A DNA stretch of 64,000 nucleotides from Ophelia neglecta (GCA_965285935.1 OZ260663.1:41602001-41666000); one strand, 5' to 3'; counted from the first letter of the stretch, positions 26,201-40,500 are shown. Notes: generated by a model not told the origin, from the sequence alone. Numbers and translations are program-made.

Positions 26201-29200
26201 CAGAAATAAAGGCCTTTGTCGAACTTGCCCTACATATCAAATCTTAAGATATTTGAAACAGTAGTCGCAAGGCGGACGGCAAAGAACATTACCGTAAATT
26301 CTCTTTAAGCTACCATACAGTCTGCTTTCCGACAGGCTCATTCAACTGAGACTGCCCTGTTTAAGGTGCATACGGTTATTTCTCAACCCTGGATATTTGG
26401 TTATTTTGTGGTGGCGTTAATGCTAGACCTCTCCGCAGCTTTTGACACTCCTGATCACGATATTATAGATAAAGGCTATGGAATACGAGGTGAAGCACAT
26501 TCATGGATAGCGTTATATCTAGCAAACAGCAAACAAGTAGTGTCTGTCATTGGTACAAGATTGTATGAAGTCACTCAACCTTGCCATGACTCAAGGCCCG
26601 GTTTTAGGGTCAAAAAAGTATGTTTATATAGGCCGTATCATCAAAAACCATGGCCTGGCTTATCACAGCTAGGCCGATGATACTGAAAAACTGAAATTAT
26701 GTTTTTCTCGTCCAGGTACAACAAAACTATTTCTCGGTCATTTTTATTCAAACTGGGATATAGTGATATTCAAACAGCCAAATTTGTATACATCTTGGTT
26801 GTCATTGGGAACCATCACTCAGCAGGGACATCCATGTCCTTACAACTAAAGCATGCAATTATCAGTTGCAGAGGATAATCGGTCCTTACCGAGGAGGTTC
26901 GTAAAACCTGAGTCCAAGCTCTGGTTGCGCAAGACTAGATTATGGCAATATAATCTGTAATATCAAAGGTTTTTGTTGAGCGCTTGCTCACATCACCCCT
27001 TTCTTTAAACATCGCCATTGGCCTCCGTTACATCAGCGTGTCGTTTTCTAAGACATGCTCACGGCTAACAAGGCCTTAAATGGACTCGCGCCCATATACG
27101 TTGCTGACATTCAGATAACTCCCCCGTCACTAAGGTACGAAAAGAAATTTCCTCTCAATGACCCACTTTAGAGGACAAAGGCAAACGGCCAAATAGCTAC
27201 GTGCGAGTAGGGCTGGAACTATGGAATAGCTTGCCTGAATCGCTTAAAACTATTCATCACAATGTTCTTTATAGATATCACAAAATATCATTAATGAATA
27301 TATCTGCATTTTATATAATTACGTCGGCTTTGATAGTGCCGTCAGCTTTATAATAACAAAATGGTTAAAACACAGTACTGTGCAAGCACGTATTACTTCT
27401 TTCTAGTTAGGAACTAAATTATCTGCTGTTTAATATTTTAGTTCCCTTCGTAGCAGAGTACGCAGCTCCGTTCTCTTCGCCTGTATAGTGATGCGGAGAA
27501 GCTATGCGATAAGATTTGCCTCTGCTGCGAAGGGTAATATTTTACATGCATTATCATGTTTACTGCTTATCTAGATTAAAAGTAAGACACCATTATAACA
27601 AAATTGAAATTTTAAGAGTCTTACCTTGACGTGAATGCATACAAGAAAGGATTCAGACAACTGTTGATGTAAGTCAGGACAAACAAAAAGTGGTAGGACT
27701 TCGTGTAATGTTTCCAACTTGTGGACGCAAATCTCCATGCAATCAAAAACCGCTGCAGGGTCAATGGGCCCCAGCATATAACATACACGATGTAGATGAG
27801 GATCAACATCTTAATAACCTGAGAAAGGGAAACGGGTCATTTCAGTGTTATTAAACAGGGGAAATGTCCATGTATATGTTCCGAAGGTCCTATGTTATTA
27901 AGAAAGTTCTATGTTTGGAAGGTCTCCCTCACGCCTATTGGTTTCGTGAACGCACCATTTCAGCGTATGTTTTAGAGTACGGGCAACACATCAACTTTTG
28001 TTGTCTCAGTAATACTTTACATTGTTAAACTGGTGGAGAAAATTGTGCACCGAAAACTGATCCATGATTTTATTTCTCCAAACCAAGCAGCGTATCTATC
28101 TTCCTATTCCACCGAAACTTCTCTTCACAGGGTTATAACAGACTTGATGGATGGAGTCGATGATGGAATGGTGGGTGGAATTTTTTTCTTCGATTTGAGA
28201 AAGTCTTTTGATACCATATATCATACCGTTTTACTTACAAAACTTTCAAATTGCGGTATCCACAATAATGCGATTCGATGGTTTACTAGTCATCTTATGG
28301 GTAGATTAAAAACTGTTCTTGTAAATGGAGCGATGTTTCCAGCTCTTGAAATTAACTTTAGCGTCCCGCAAGGCTCTGTCCTCGGACCATTACTTTTTTC
28401 TCCTTATTAATGACTTGTCAATTGCAGTGATAAATGTTTTCACAAATTAATTTATTGTGAGATACCATGTCTGGGCTTTTAGCAGACAGGCATTATTATT
28501 TTATTTCTATACTGACTTATAAATGTCTGCCTGGGCTTGCAACCTTGAAATCATGCACACTTTTCGCCAGATATTCCGCGGAAGGTCTTGGTTATACAGA
28601 TTGATACGATTGGTCCGAAATTTATCAAAAACAAAATGATGGGAACATTGTCTTAATAAAAGCAATACATCTGTGTCAGCGTTTTCCTCCTATGTGCTTT
28701 TTACATCTGTGTTAAAGCTTATTGCCACCTACAGACTGGACATAGAAGAGGCCGAATCCCCACACCCTACAGCGGCCGAAGTTGCATACGTCTAGCTTTA
28801 ATAACGAACTGCTTGTTTAAACAAATAAAACCTTAAGATAACTACGCTATTGTCTAAATTATTTAAAAGAAGAAAAGTTCATTGAGCATATCAAATGTAA
28901 TGAAAATTACTGATTTTTAACATTAAAAAAAGTAGAGTCTCGCCACGACTAATGGGGACGACATTAACCACATTAGTATGCAGGATATACTATTAGTCGA
29001 CGTGTTCGTTGGCCTAGAAGCAAAGTTCCTGCAGACGTATACACAACAAACTAAAACAAATTTCGTAATGGATAACCGATCTAATTATTTTCGTGGTGCT
29101 GTTTTGGATATTTAATCATTCTGTACACATATTTTACAAATTACCAAATCTAGACACCAGTATACGCCTGCAGACAGATACTTATTTACCTCCATTCTTC

Positions 29201-32200
29201 CCTGCGACTCGCTCTGACCGCCTCTGTAAAATAATATTTCAATTAATAAACGTTTTATAATGTTCTGCCTTTAATTTTACTTACCTTCGTATTATAGATA
29301 TATTTAGTAATTCATTTTTGTCAGTCCTTTACATGACTTCTAACCTCAAAGATATTCAAAATGGTAAGCTTGTGGATATTCACGAAATGAGCAAGAATTT
29401 CAAAGGAATGAAATAAAACTGTCAATGCGTTAGTAGGCCTTACTCAATGTTTCGATAATACAATGCATATACAATTGTCCGAGATGTTCATTTTGGTGAT
29501 TGTATTCAATTTATAAGAAGCAGCTGAGTTAAATGGCGTTATTTGCCTACTTACTTCTCTTTGTTCTGCATTTTCTGGGAGTCTTTGATGCTACGTCTCA
29601 GGACAAGTATAATTCTTGTATAGCACACTCCAATAAGCAATGTTGGTATGACAAACGTCATCGTGGCAAAATATGTGAATGTAATGGAGGGGTGGTATCC
29701 TATGACGGCAAAATAGCAAGCTTGCGGTTGCATAAACGACTGTAAATATACATATGTCTATATTGTAGCAACAAAAACTAAATAGGGCCTATGGAATATA
29801 TAGATAAATATATACAACCAATATATATACCCTGGTGTTTTGTTTTATTTAAATAGATACAGATATAAAGATGTTAGTATAATATATTGTTGTTCTGTGG
29901 ATAAAACCTTAGCGTAACTAATGAGAGTGTCTTTTGGATGTTCGATGTTCAACAATAGAGAGTTACCACATTGTACAGCATGGGGAAACAGAGTACCGCC
30001 GACATCACCCAAAGACCGACAATAAGTTTTCTTGTCGTCCCGGCGGAAGACGTCACTAATTTGGACTTCAAAGGAAAGCAAATGACTAGAAACCTGTTGA
30101 ATAGTAAGTGTATACATAGTGGCGAGCATCGCGTACTTTGAAAGTGAGTGAAGAAAGCCCAATTAATTATTTGTCTATCGATATATATCTAGCATTAAAG
30201 TAATGTTTATTTATGTTTGTAATTATGTTTTCTGGCTCTAAACGAGTATCTATGTAGGTACCGATTCTAAATGCCATGCAAACACCTTGCTGCTAAATCC
30301 ATCTAGTATGGTAAAAAACATCTCATGGAATCGCGTGCTTTTAAAAGACACTTATTTAAGAATCAGGCACCATGTCATTTAATTAATGTATCGTTTATGG
30401 AATAAACACCGTAATGAACATCATGTTTTCACACTACCGCATACCTTTTGAACATTTAAAATGATTAAACAGTCAATTAAAGGTGTCTGAAAATTCAAAC
30501 TAAATCAGCCTACCCCGATGCTGAAAAATATTTAAACATAGTATTATGACTTCATAAATTGTGTTTAATATACAGATTTGTGGATTTGATTACAGTATAC
30601 AACAAAGGTCGCAGCTACTAATAAATAATGTTTTAATGACTATTGAATAACCCACCTCTCCACGGCCATTGCACTCATGGAGGACACGGAACACCACATA
30701 GACATGTAGTACAAGTACCAGAGAAGGAAACAGGTAACTTCACCGGCCGCTCCGGGCAGTATCCAAGTGCCCTCTAGATTGACAAATATCTTAAAAGGAA
30801 TATAACATTAATTTCCAATGAATATTTCATCTGCCATCAACGCCCTAATGTTTTATTGGAAAATGAAACGATGGAAAAAATGAGTATACATGTAAACCAA
30901 AATGCCCATGCCCCTGAGCAAAGTGATCGCTGATGGATCAACAAACTAGCTTCACAGTTGAAAGTGCTCGGTGCAATAAATTTAAAAAGCGTTATGATAT
31001 CGGTATAAGCAATCTTGACTTAGTATGTATATATAGGCCTACTCGTTTTAAATAAACCGTGCGGGAATTGAAAGGACAAAGGGGAATAAGAATTTATATG
31101 CTTATATGTATATTGAAGCTGTTTACAACATGCTCGGTTAGGAATTTGACATCGGTGGGTTGAATTATTTTGCCAAACTACTTCTGTCCTCGAACAAGCA
31201 CGCCGTTTATCTTTTTCCTCTGTTCGGGCTGGGTCATGCTAGTCCTAGGTTCGGCGATGTACCTTTCGGAACAAGTCTTATTAGACTCCACCAATGGTAG
31301 AGAGGAACAGGGGCCTTTTAGTTTAGGGTGTGTCAGCTCGTCCGTCCCGATTGTCTGGTGGATTTAAGAAAAAACCGTTGCAGACATAGTAATCAAACTT
31401 GACGTGCCGCTTAAGCCCCTAACAGCCCGAATGGTATTGCACTTCACAGCTAAATTCGAAAAACAATATGGCCGTCATGACGCAATAAGGATATTTACTA
31501 ATACTACTGGCGCCAATTCATGGGCGAGGACGAACTACGATTTCGTAGAACCGCAGTCCGTTTATGCGGACATCTTTTCGGGATGCTGATTCGCTGCAAT
31601 ATTATCAAATGAAAAGCCGCCTATATGTGCGTGTACGAGCCGCGATGAAATCAGGCTAGTAACATGACAGCTATGAGGTATCAAACTATGTCAATAAAAT
31701 ATCCATAAGTAAGTTTCGTGTCGGTTTTATCGCTACTGTGTCCATCTATGCGTGTGGATTATCATGTCTGGGCTATTTGTCAACGAATGACACTTTGAAA
31801 AAATCTATGCTAGGTTTGTAAATGTACCGCGTAAACATTTTCATACAATGCCATTAAAGTTGTAAGGTTGTACACTGTCCTCATACAAGCCACATAAAAT
31901 CTTTCATTTTATTTCTACATTTCTGACAAATATATACAGCCATACTTATGGAAGAAATGTAACCTTTATTTGATTATTAAAATTTCATGTGACTTGGCTG
32001 GGACTCGAATCCACAACCCTTGCGGTACCATTCATTTAGCCCAGCGATAACAGCGACTCTAACCATTGTGCTACACTCTCAATCCCAAAAAAGGTTGGTT
32101 CGACAGCACTGATACAGTCACCGTCATCACTGAACACAGGGTCTATCAGAATCAGAATCAGAATCAGATCATTTTATTTAGACCACAATGAATACAATGT

Positions 32201-35200
32201 GAAATTATAATATAAGTACATGAATTTGAGAACGGGTAGCAGACATGTAACGTATAAGTAACGTTCATACACATGTTTATTTATAAAACTTTGTAAGACA
32301 TTACGATGCATACAATAGGAAATTATAATATAAGTACATGAATAAGAGAACGAGTATGAGACAAGTAACGTCCATGTAACGCATATACATACGTTTATAT
32401 ATAAAATTAGTAAGACATTATGATGTAGACATTTGGCCAGGCCAGTCTATGGGTTAGCTGCTCTACAGCATGGTCAGTGCTTGTTCTAACGGTGTAAGTT
32501 TTTATATATGCTAGGAAATACTATTGTATGAAATAAAAATGATCATAGTTTCATTTTTTCCTCAAGTAAAATAGTATACATTATTATAGACAGTATAATT
32601 AACATTTCATATCAATCAGAATGCCCTGATGTAACATAGTGAACACAATCTAAAAATACGTCTTATCTATCGGTTTCTTTCACGGAGTAGCTTTATTATC
32701 AAGATGTCCTATACCGATGTCACCTTGCCATATCTAACTTAGTCTACGGACAGTGTATATGACAGGACTGCTAACCAGGTATAGGTTAAGGAGATTAATA
32801 CCGATTATAATAGTAGACAAAAAGGTCTTACCTGCATAGGGCATGTGATCATTATGCAGAATATATCCGAGACCGTCATAGATGTAATAAGAATGTTCGT
32901 CACAGAGAGCTTTCCCATATATTTATGTACCGTAATAAGAACTAAAGAATTTCCTGAAAAAGAATGATATATAAATATTCGTTCCATTTAATTCAAATAC
33001 TAAATAAAAAGGAAAAACAAACTTTTACCGATTGCGGGGCCTATTAAATGAGGGGGAGGGGGGGGGGGGGGGCGTTAATAATTTTGGGGAGTTAGTGGGG
33101 GTGATCTTTAAAAGTCTAATCAAGCTATAACCTATAGCTAGACCTGATAACCCGCCATATTATCTGCGCACCTCCTACTTGTGGCATTATTCCACGCTGG
33201 CAGCTTGATATAAGCCCTTCGCGCCTACTGCCCTATTAATGTATTAGAACATTGTTATGTTTTCAAATATACTTTATTCAAATTCGTTTTTATATATAGC
33301 CCTATCAATTTTTCCCCTCAGCAAAGCTATTGGCTCAGTTTTTGCTAAGTGGGTGTTGATTTCACATCGTGAAAGGCCATCAGCAAGAAACCAAAAGCAC
33401 TGCGAAATTTTGTTGCACACATTGTGAAGGTATTCAGAACAATTTACCCGAATGAACATATTTTAAGATTTGTAACATGCTCTTTCAAAATTTAACTCGA
33501 ACGCTGATTAGCAATTGATTCTTTTGGCGATTTGCGCTGACGCAAAGAGTCTCCTTTATATTCTCAATGCCTCAGCTTAAATTTGTCTAAAAATGACTTA
33601 TAGTTGCTTGTGACACGAGTTCATGATTCCTATGGCAAGCTAACAAAAGTTCAACGTGCACTAATCCCAGTCTTCCAGCGGCGGCACAGCATGTATCACA
33701 TGTCCAAGTGACTTAACATAACGTGAGATTTCTTGGTAGTATTTACCAATCGTCACATTAATTACTGTAATAATTTTGGATGGCTGTAGAAGTTTCCAAT
33801 ATTCTGCACATTCTTTGCGAATTCATCTACCGTGCCAAATATCGAGCTCAAATGATGCCTGTTTAATCTGGTCAGTCAAGGGACTGGAAAAAAGGGGCGG
33901 TCGGTAGAAATGTCACCAACTTTCGACCGACATTAAACGAATTGCTAAGACCCAGGTGTATGATTACACATTTTATTTAATATGATGCTCAACCACTGAT
34001 ACGCGAAATTTCTGATGAAATTTGCAATTCTGGCATAATTGAAACTTCAATGTAAAATTTCTGTGTCAGTGTCCATCCAGCCCACACACAGTATTCCAAA
34101 AGTCACCATTATAACGTTTTATGTTTTAAGTCACATTCAAAAGATTCGTTCAGTATCATTCCTTACATTATTTTGAAGTCAAATATCTGTGTAATTATTG
34201 GTTAAAAATTCACACTATATGATGACCAACTTGTCTAATCATAGGAATCAGTAAATTCGAAAACAAAAGAATAAGTTAACAGTTAGTTAATTGACGACGG
34301 GAAACGCTACGACGCATGCAGAGTGATCGGACATCTAATGGGAGCTTCCACCCCCTAAGACATTCAGGGCACGCCTACTATAAATTACATAGGGCTACCT
34401 CTGTATTGTTTACAAATTAAGGCATGCCGTAGGTCAAGTTGCATTAAACTGAAAAACGACCGAGGGGATGAGGGGGGGGGGGGGGGTAAGGAGAGAAAAT
34501 GATGAAATTAATAGGCCTACCATTTGCCACTCTCGCATCCGCTGATAATTTGTTATCGGTAACTCTCTTACACACAGCATTGAGGAGTTTAGGCCAACGT
34601 TCGACACACAGCATATCTTATTGCTTAAATAATGACAGTTTCCTGTTTTATTTGATTAATGACACTTTGACCGTGTCCTTGGCATTGAGCAATATTTTCA
34701 TACCCCTTTGATATATATCTAGGCCCATATATAACAATTGAAGCTGTGGACCTGAATTTCAGTTTTATGGCATGATGCGAAAAAGTTTTATATCACTTTA
34801 TTTGAAAGGATAAACTGTCCCTTATTTAAATATTACCAAAAAGTATACTAAGTAGACTTTCTTTTGCAGATTTGCCCGTAATTCAGGAGGACAAAAAATG
34901 GGATATGGGAAAATATATTCACAAAAGAAAGATATTCTTTGCACAGAAAAAGGAAAGACACATAAACAACCTTTTATGGTTATTCATTAATTTTCATTTA
35001 CATAGGCTAGAATTGTTTGTACATTTTAAGGATATAACCTTTCAAACAGCTACAGGTAGCTTTACTCAGAGGCACGTTTAACTCTTCCAATGTCTTACGA
35101 AAATATGGAACAGCTATAACAGGTAGAAAATCCGAGGAAGAACTACCGATTTTATATTAAATAATTCAGCATTACTAAAATGACTTACACGGCGTTTAGT

Positions 35201-37598
35201 TTTTATGAGAGCCGGAAATAGATAGAAGCCTGGCATACAAAGATCTGGCGCAAGCTACCGGAACTGCATCCTGTTGATACTGGTGCCAGGCAGGAGGTTG
35301 TATACTTTGGGTGCACTTTACAAGTGTGATCTACCAGATAACAGTCGTTAATCTCGTAGGATATCGAACTTTTTAAACGTTCATTGCTTGAAAACAACTG
35401 AAAAATGCGAACTATATGTTCAAATGATGAAGGAAACTGCTAAGGACAAATAACTTTAATTTAAGAGCTCTTTAAATTCATAATACATCCTTACATGAAT
35501 ATATCATGAGCTTTAAACTCTTAACGGCTGCACGTTTAGTCACAACATATTAATATCTGTTAGTTAAAATAAGGCCTCGTCTATATTTATTGAACGCGTG
35601 TGTCTACGGTTGCACTCCAGACTTTGTCAAAAAAGCTTTTTTCTTAGGAAGATTTTTCTTACGAACTGGTCACTGCTCCGCTAGAAGCCGGGGGGGGGGG
35701 GGGGGGGGGGGCTGGCACAGTGTTTGTGTGTGGGGGTGGGGTGGGGGCTTAGGTCTTATATCAAATGACCAGACTGAATAATTGATGTATTTTTCTTTAA
35801 ATAGTGTAATGGGCCTATGTCTTCTGCCTTCCTGGTTTTTCCTCAGGCCCGTCTGTCCTTCATGCGTCCTCTAGTCAGAGCAACACGCTGGGCTTTACAC
35901 AATAAGGTTGGAAGATCAATGAAATGATAAGAGACAATAACTATTTCACAAGTCACGTGCTTGTGGTTCGGAAGAATACATTATTGAATGAGAAGACTAT
36001 CGATCAGTGTATAATTTATTTCAGCCACTTACCAGTCAGTCCAATAACAATGATCAGACAGTATAAGATGGTAAACGGCAGTTGGCTGCGCATGTGACGC
36101 GTTTCCATAGCATTCCTCATTTCTGATTCTAATTCTTCTTCCTGCACGGTCATTTCTCTCCAAGGGCAAAACAAATAACATAGACAATATTCTTCATCCA
36201 ATGTTAGAGGTGGTTGTATATTATTCCCCTCTTTTACTGCGTCGCACCCGTCCATCATTTCGAGAGCGTCTAAGAAGAGGTATCGCAATAATAAAGTTCT
36301 GTCGACTGCTTCAGTGAGCATATCTCCTTCTGTCGGCAGAGTTCCTACCGACTCTGTAGACACATTGAAGGGTGCTCTTTCTTCTGTTGCCGCATTGCAT
36401 ACAGCTGCAGAGAAACGTGCGAAATAATATCATCGCTGTACCTGGGCACGCTGCATGATACAAACATAGTCGACAGCCGTGCAACCTTGCAGATAATATT
36501 GATTGAATTAAACTTCTGGAATATTTTTCATAGTTATGTGTACAGCCACAAAAAAATAATGTTTAAGATATTTTCTGTGTTTTCAATTTTCATTCTAATC
36601 TATTCGATTAGAAGTATAATCCAATAACAGAATGGTTGGTTATTGACACCAATATTTACCGTTACCGACCGCTGTCGCACTATGGCAATAGCGATGTTTT
36701 CAAAAGAGTTGTGAGAGCATTACGCAGAGGCCTACGTTCTTAAAAGTCCAATTGACAATAGTAACATAGATATCCACCTATCGTGCTTTCGTTTCTCAGG
36801 TAAAAGTCAGCCTGATAGCACATTACGAAAGGTTTCGCAACAAGAGGTTGGTAGCGCCACCTTTGGAGAATTTATCTAATTGATATTTTCTTCCTATTCG
36901 TTAAATTGACAAAATAACAATTACAGCGATGATTAAGGTCTAAAGAGCTAATCAAATATGAAATATTTTTGTCCCGATACTTTCATGGATTACAAAGGGG
37001 AACCCAGAGTTGCAAAATAATCATACAATAACGCCAGCTATACAAATCCTGTGGGCTAGTCTTATGCAGTGCAGTTCTAGCTAAATCAAATGCTGAACTA
37101 GGCATAGTGATGTCATTTTCGACTGGCTCTAATGGGACGTGATCCCGAAAGAGGCATTTTACCTATTTTTCGGAAAAAAAAATTGGTGAGTAGGCCAACT
37201 CTGTGAAAAACTTCCACTTTTAACTTCCATCTTGAAAAATAAAGTTAAAATGCTTCTTTGAGGTTATGATCCTACGATGAAACCATTCAAGGGTGGACGA
37301 GCTATTTAAACACATTATTCCTTATATTCAATAGTCTTATAGCTATTTAATATTATTAAAATAGGTGCATATACCCTCCATCCAGGTAGAAGCCTAAACA
37401 TTTATGGCTAGTTGTGGCTGTTGTTCACTAGCTGCATCTTGACAGAAGAGTGTATTTTACCTTAAAACTTTCTCAAATAGAAATGTTGGGAAAAAAAGAA
37501 ACATCTTAATCATTCATGGAAAATTTATATGGTACATGTATGATAAAGTACATGATATGTTTACCTGCCAGAAGCAAAATCAGCAGCGGCCGTAACAT
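23264..37598 (-). CDS. Rhodopsin-family (class A) neuropeptide-type GPCR, 440 aa, 9 coding exons, with N-terminal signal peptide
   Basis: Exons 37598-37565 (MLRPLLILLLA, Kozak CCACCATG), 36404-36033 (ectodomain + TM1), 32953-32832 (GN, TM2 VSD), 30789-30656 (TM3 ...AMAVER), 30093-29967 (FLVICFPLKS, TM4 W), 29739-29555 (TM5 FVIP..CY), 29223-29190 (34-nt micro-exon), 27818-27625 (CWGP, NSCLNPFLY) and 23384-23264 (QFRVGFRKMFGC...stop). All are GT-AG and all phases match; total 1323 nt. Galanin/allatostatin-A-receptor-like in style; ligand unknown. Confidence 0.92.
26045..26095 (+). mobile_element. Short tRNA-derived SINE fragment (B-box region)
   Basis: ggtaccgcaagggttgtgggtacgagtcccagccaa matches the reverse complement of 31995-32030. 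Confidence 0.55.
26120..27290 (+). mobile_element. Decayed L2 LINE in GPCR intron 8
   Basis: SNLPYIS, SAFRQAHSTETALFKV, LDLSAAFDT.DH and YGIRG motifs, then HITP...HW and LWNSLPESLK. Confidence 0.8.
27990..28420 (+). mobile_element. CR1/L2-group RT fragment in GPCR intron 7
   Basis: ORF 28033-28410: NQAAY...STETSL, FFDLRKSFDTIYH..LL.KL, VPQGSVLGPLLF. Confidence 0.85.
31985..32080 (-). mobile_element. tRNA-derived SINE head (A box and B box)
   Basis: Minus strand reads GTAGCACAATGGTTAGAG (A box) ... GGATTCGAGTCCCAGCCA (B box), with an over-long spacer and no complete cloverleaf. Confidence 0.6.
32146..32430 (-). repeat. (ATCAGA)n tail + AATAAA + about 119-bp tandem duplication; probable LINE 3' UTR end
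   Basis: atcagaatcagaatcagaatcagatc followed by TTTATT. Two diverged copies start GAAATTATAATATAAGTACATGAAT at about 32201 and 32319. Confidence 0.6.
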
Positions 37599-40500
37599 GG
37601 TGGAAAGTTTGAACCCGCGCCTTATGTAAAACTCGTCATATGGTCTTCATGTGAACGTACGCAATGTTCGTCGTAGAAGTTATTTACAGATGTATGTAAA
37701 CAGATCCGCTATGGCACTGGAATACTCTAAAATATAATTGCCGCGTTGCGTCGTACAACTCCTGCAAGAAGCGCTCTCCATGACAGACGGGCAAGCATTT
37801 TATACAATAAATGCGTTTTCCCAAGGGGCGCTTGCTACTTCGGATGTGGGCACATAATAAATTATCGGGCGTGGGCTGGGCTTGGCTGGGGACTTCTTAA
37901 CAAAATATAAGTGAAAAAATTGTTTAAGCTCAATTAAGGAAAATTGGCTTCGCTTTTACTCCAATTATTTATTAGGCACATAATAGTTTACTATTTACTT
38001 ATTTTTATATAAAGTTGTTAATATTTAGGGTTTTACCTATTATTACAGCGTATAATATTTGCCATAGGGACGATGTGACAGTATGGTACGGATAGTTTTA
38101 GGGAATTAACGACTACAAGCGTAGCAATGCTCCCCCCCCCCCCCGTACACGACTCCCCTTTTCATATTGGCAAGTAACCATTCATCACTACTGCATGAAG
38201 CGTACACGCTTTCTAGTATCGAAATTTGTTGACTGTTATAGTGAGAGCACTTGGGTGGCGGCTGTTCTTCAGTAGACCTTGAAGGCCGTAAATACCAAAT
38301 TCGACTAATTACAGATTTTTTGAGTAGATTAAACTCAAATGCTCTAACATAAAACAGCTACCTTATTATTTTACAATAGACGCATGTCAAGTAGACCTCT
38401 TACCTGAACTGAATTTGTGTGACTTTTTTTGTATTCTTCAAATGTGCTAGCTAAAATCTTCTGCCCCCTCCCTCATCACATTTTTAGTTAACGAGGAGTC
38501 TTATAACAGACATCTATTCGAAAAAGCTGATTGATTACTAAAAAAATAGATCCACTTAAAGTTTGAGAACATAATCCACATGTATTTGACACTGATAATT
38601 GGGAATTTAGTCTGCCAAATATGAATTAAGTCAACTTGATGTTTCATGTATAGCCTCCTTAATATCGATATAAGGATTATTCTTCGAAGTTTAAATATAT
38701 GCAAATGCACTTGTTCATGGTTTTATCTCTGGGGTCCTACGTTTAAAACAAGGGCACCTTCATTGGTTACCAAGGATGAATATTTGTGCTATTTAACTTT
38801 AAAAAAAATATGTACACGGACTTAATTTACAGTTTAGCAGAATAATTTGACATATTGCTTGAAAGCACTCTCGAAAGAGTCCCCGCCCTGCCGTAATTGA
38901 TAATGTTTCATCTAATTTCCAAATGTGGTCAATGATTTTGGCGGGTGACTTGCGCCGGATATTATGCTTTATGAGAACAACGGATGGTAATAACGCATCA
39001 ACAGATCACAATTGTAGGCTTACTGCTACTCTATGAACGTATTGAATGGGCGGGATGACGGGCGTAAATTACTGCAAGGAGTTCACGTGCAAGCTTCACT
39101 GGGCTTTGTATTATTCTCTAGTGATGCGAGATCGTAAACACAGAAGTAAGTTACCCATAAATTATGAGTAAGCTACTTGGCTACCCGACGTCGCATAAGC
39201 TGCCGAATCAAGCATTATTTATTGGCATTTGATAATGGTATCTCTTCTGATTTTCCAGGGTTGCCATCAGCATATTCAGACTAAATACCTTTGTATCTAA
39301 ATACAAATATCGGCTAATCTGTTCTGAATAATGTGGCCTGGATTTAGTTTGGTAATTTTTGAGGGTACCCTGGGAAGGCAAAGTTCAAGGCATCCAAATT
39401 CAATTCATTAATGTGAACACTTACATATTGTCAAAGTAGTATCAGGTCAGCCGCGTTAACTTTACAGATCCGGTTCCAGATTATTTGGGAGCGATTTAAT
39501 AATATTATTTGATTTAACTTTAGCTTCGCTCGCTTTCAGCCCCCTGGGTCTCCTACCAGTACGTTTATTTTAAGGCAACAACTTATTGCCAACACATCAA
39601 TTCACCCTCAACCCATCGCATCTCACCCCCATCCATTAACCCCCCCCCCCCCTCCTTTAACCATCCGCAGACATCGTAGGTTCCCGGCCGACACTCCCCT
39701 TATTTGCTCTGTCAGCCACCCCCCCCCCTCCTTCTCCTCCTTAATTCCAGCTTGGCTGTCCCCGGATAACAAAAATGGCAATGGAACCTGTCAAGATCTT
39801 AGCCCTGTAAGGCAAGGAGCGTCTACGATTAGTATTAAATGAAGTGTGACCTGCCAAATGATAATGGCTATCAATTTGTGCTAAATATAAAAGAAGCTGT
39901 CGCTTAAATGAATAACATCAAATATTTCACCTTAAAACAATGGTTTAGATCGTTTCTTTAATCTGACTTCTTTTACATGGGGCTATGCAGTTAATAATAT
40001 CCATATAGTAGTACAAAATAGGTGTATTACAGACTTCATTCACGATGGATAAATATTTCATCATAATATTAGTTGTCCTTTTACCACTTCTTAAATAAAA
40101 TGTTGTAAAATGCTTCCTATTTAAGAAGCTTGATTCACCTTGCTTTGATGAACATATATTGCACTGTACGAGTTGGGGAACACAGCAGCTGTATGAACTG
40201 AATATTATCGATTGCACATTTCGTATTTGGGATTCTATAGCCGGTAAAGGGATCAAAGAAGTAAATGTGAAATATTGAAATGTGCAATAGCCACACTTCA
40301 ATACCTTTTTCAACAAATGGAAATAGCTTGAATGAATTAAATATAAATGTAAAGTAGAAGTCGAGATCTCAATCATTTTATTAATTTTCACAAAGCCGAT
40401 TTAATACAGTGCCCCAGTATACATATAACAATTGTTCAAACAGTCTAGAGAGTATCAATAAGACAAGAATCTACCGATCCTTTAAAATGGTGTTTTAGAT

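Noticed and set aside
30094-30162. ORF text FLHSLSKYAMLATMYTLT resembling a GPCR TM3
   Set aside because: It lies in the intron upstream of the 30093 acceptor and in a different frame. The real TM3 exon is 30789-30656 (…SAMAVER).
39945-40391. 148-codon minus-strand ORF downstream of the amidase
   Set aside because: AT-rich, non-ATG start, no motifs or splice support; probably 3' UTR or intergenic.
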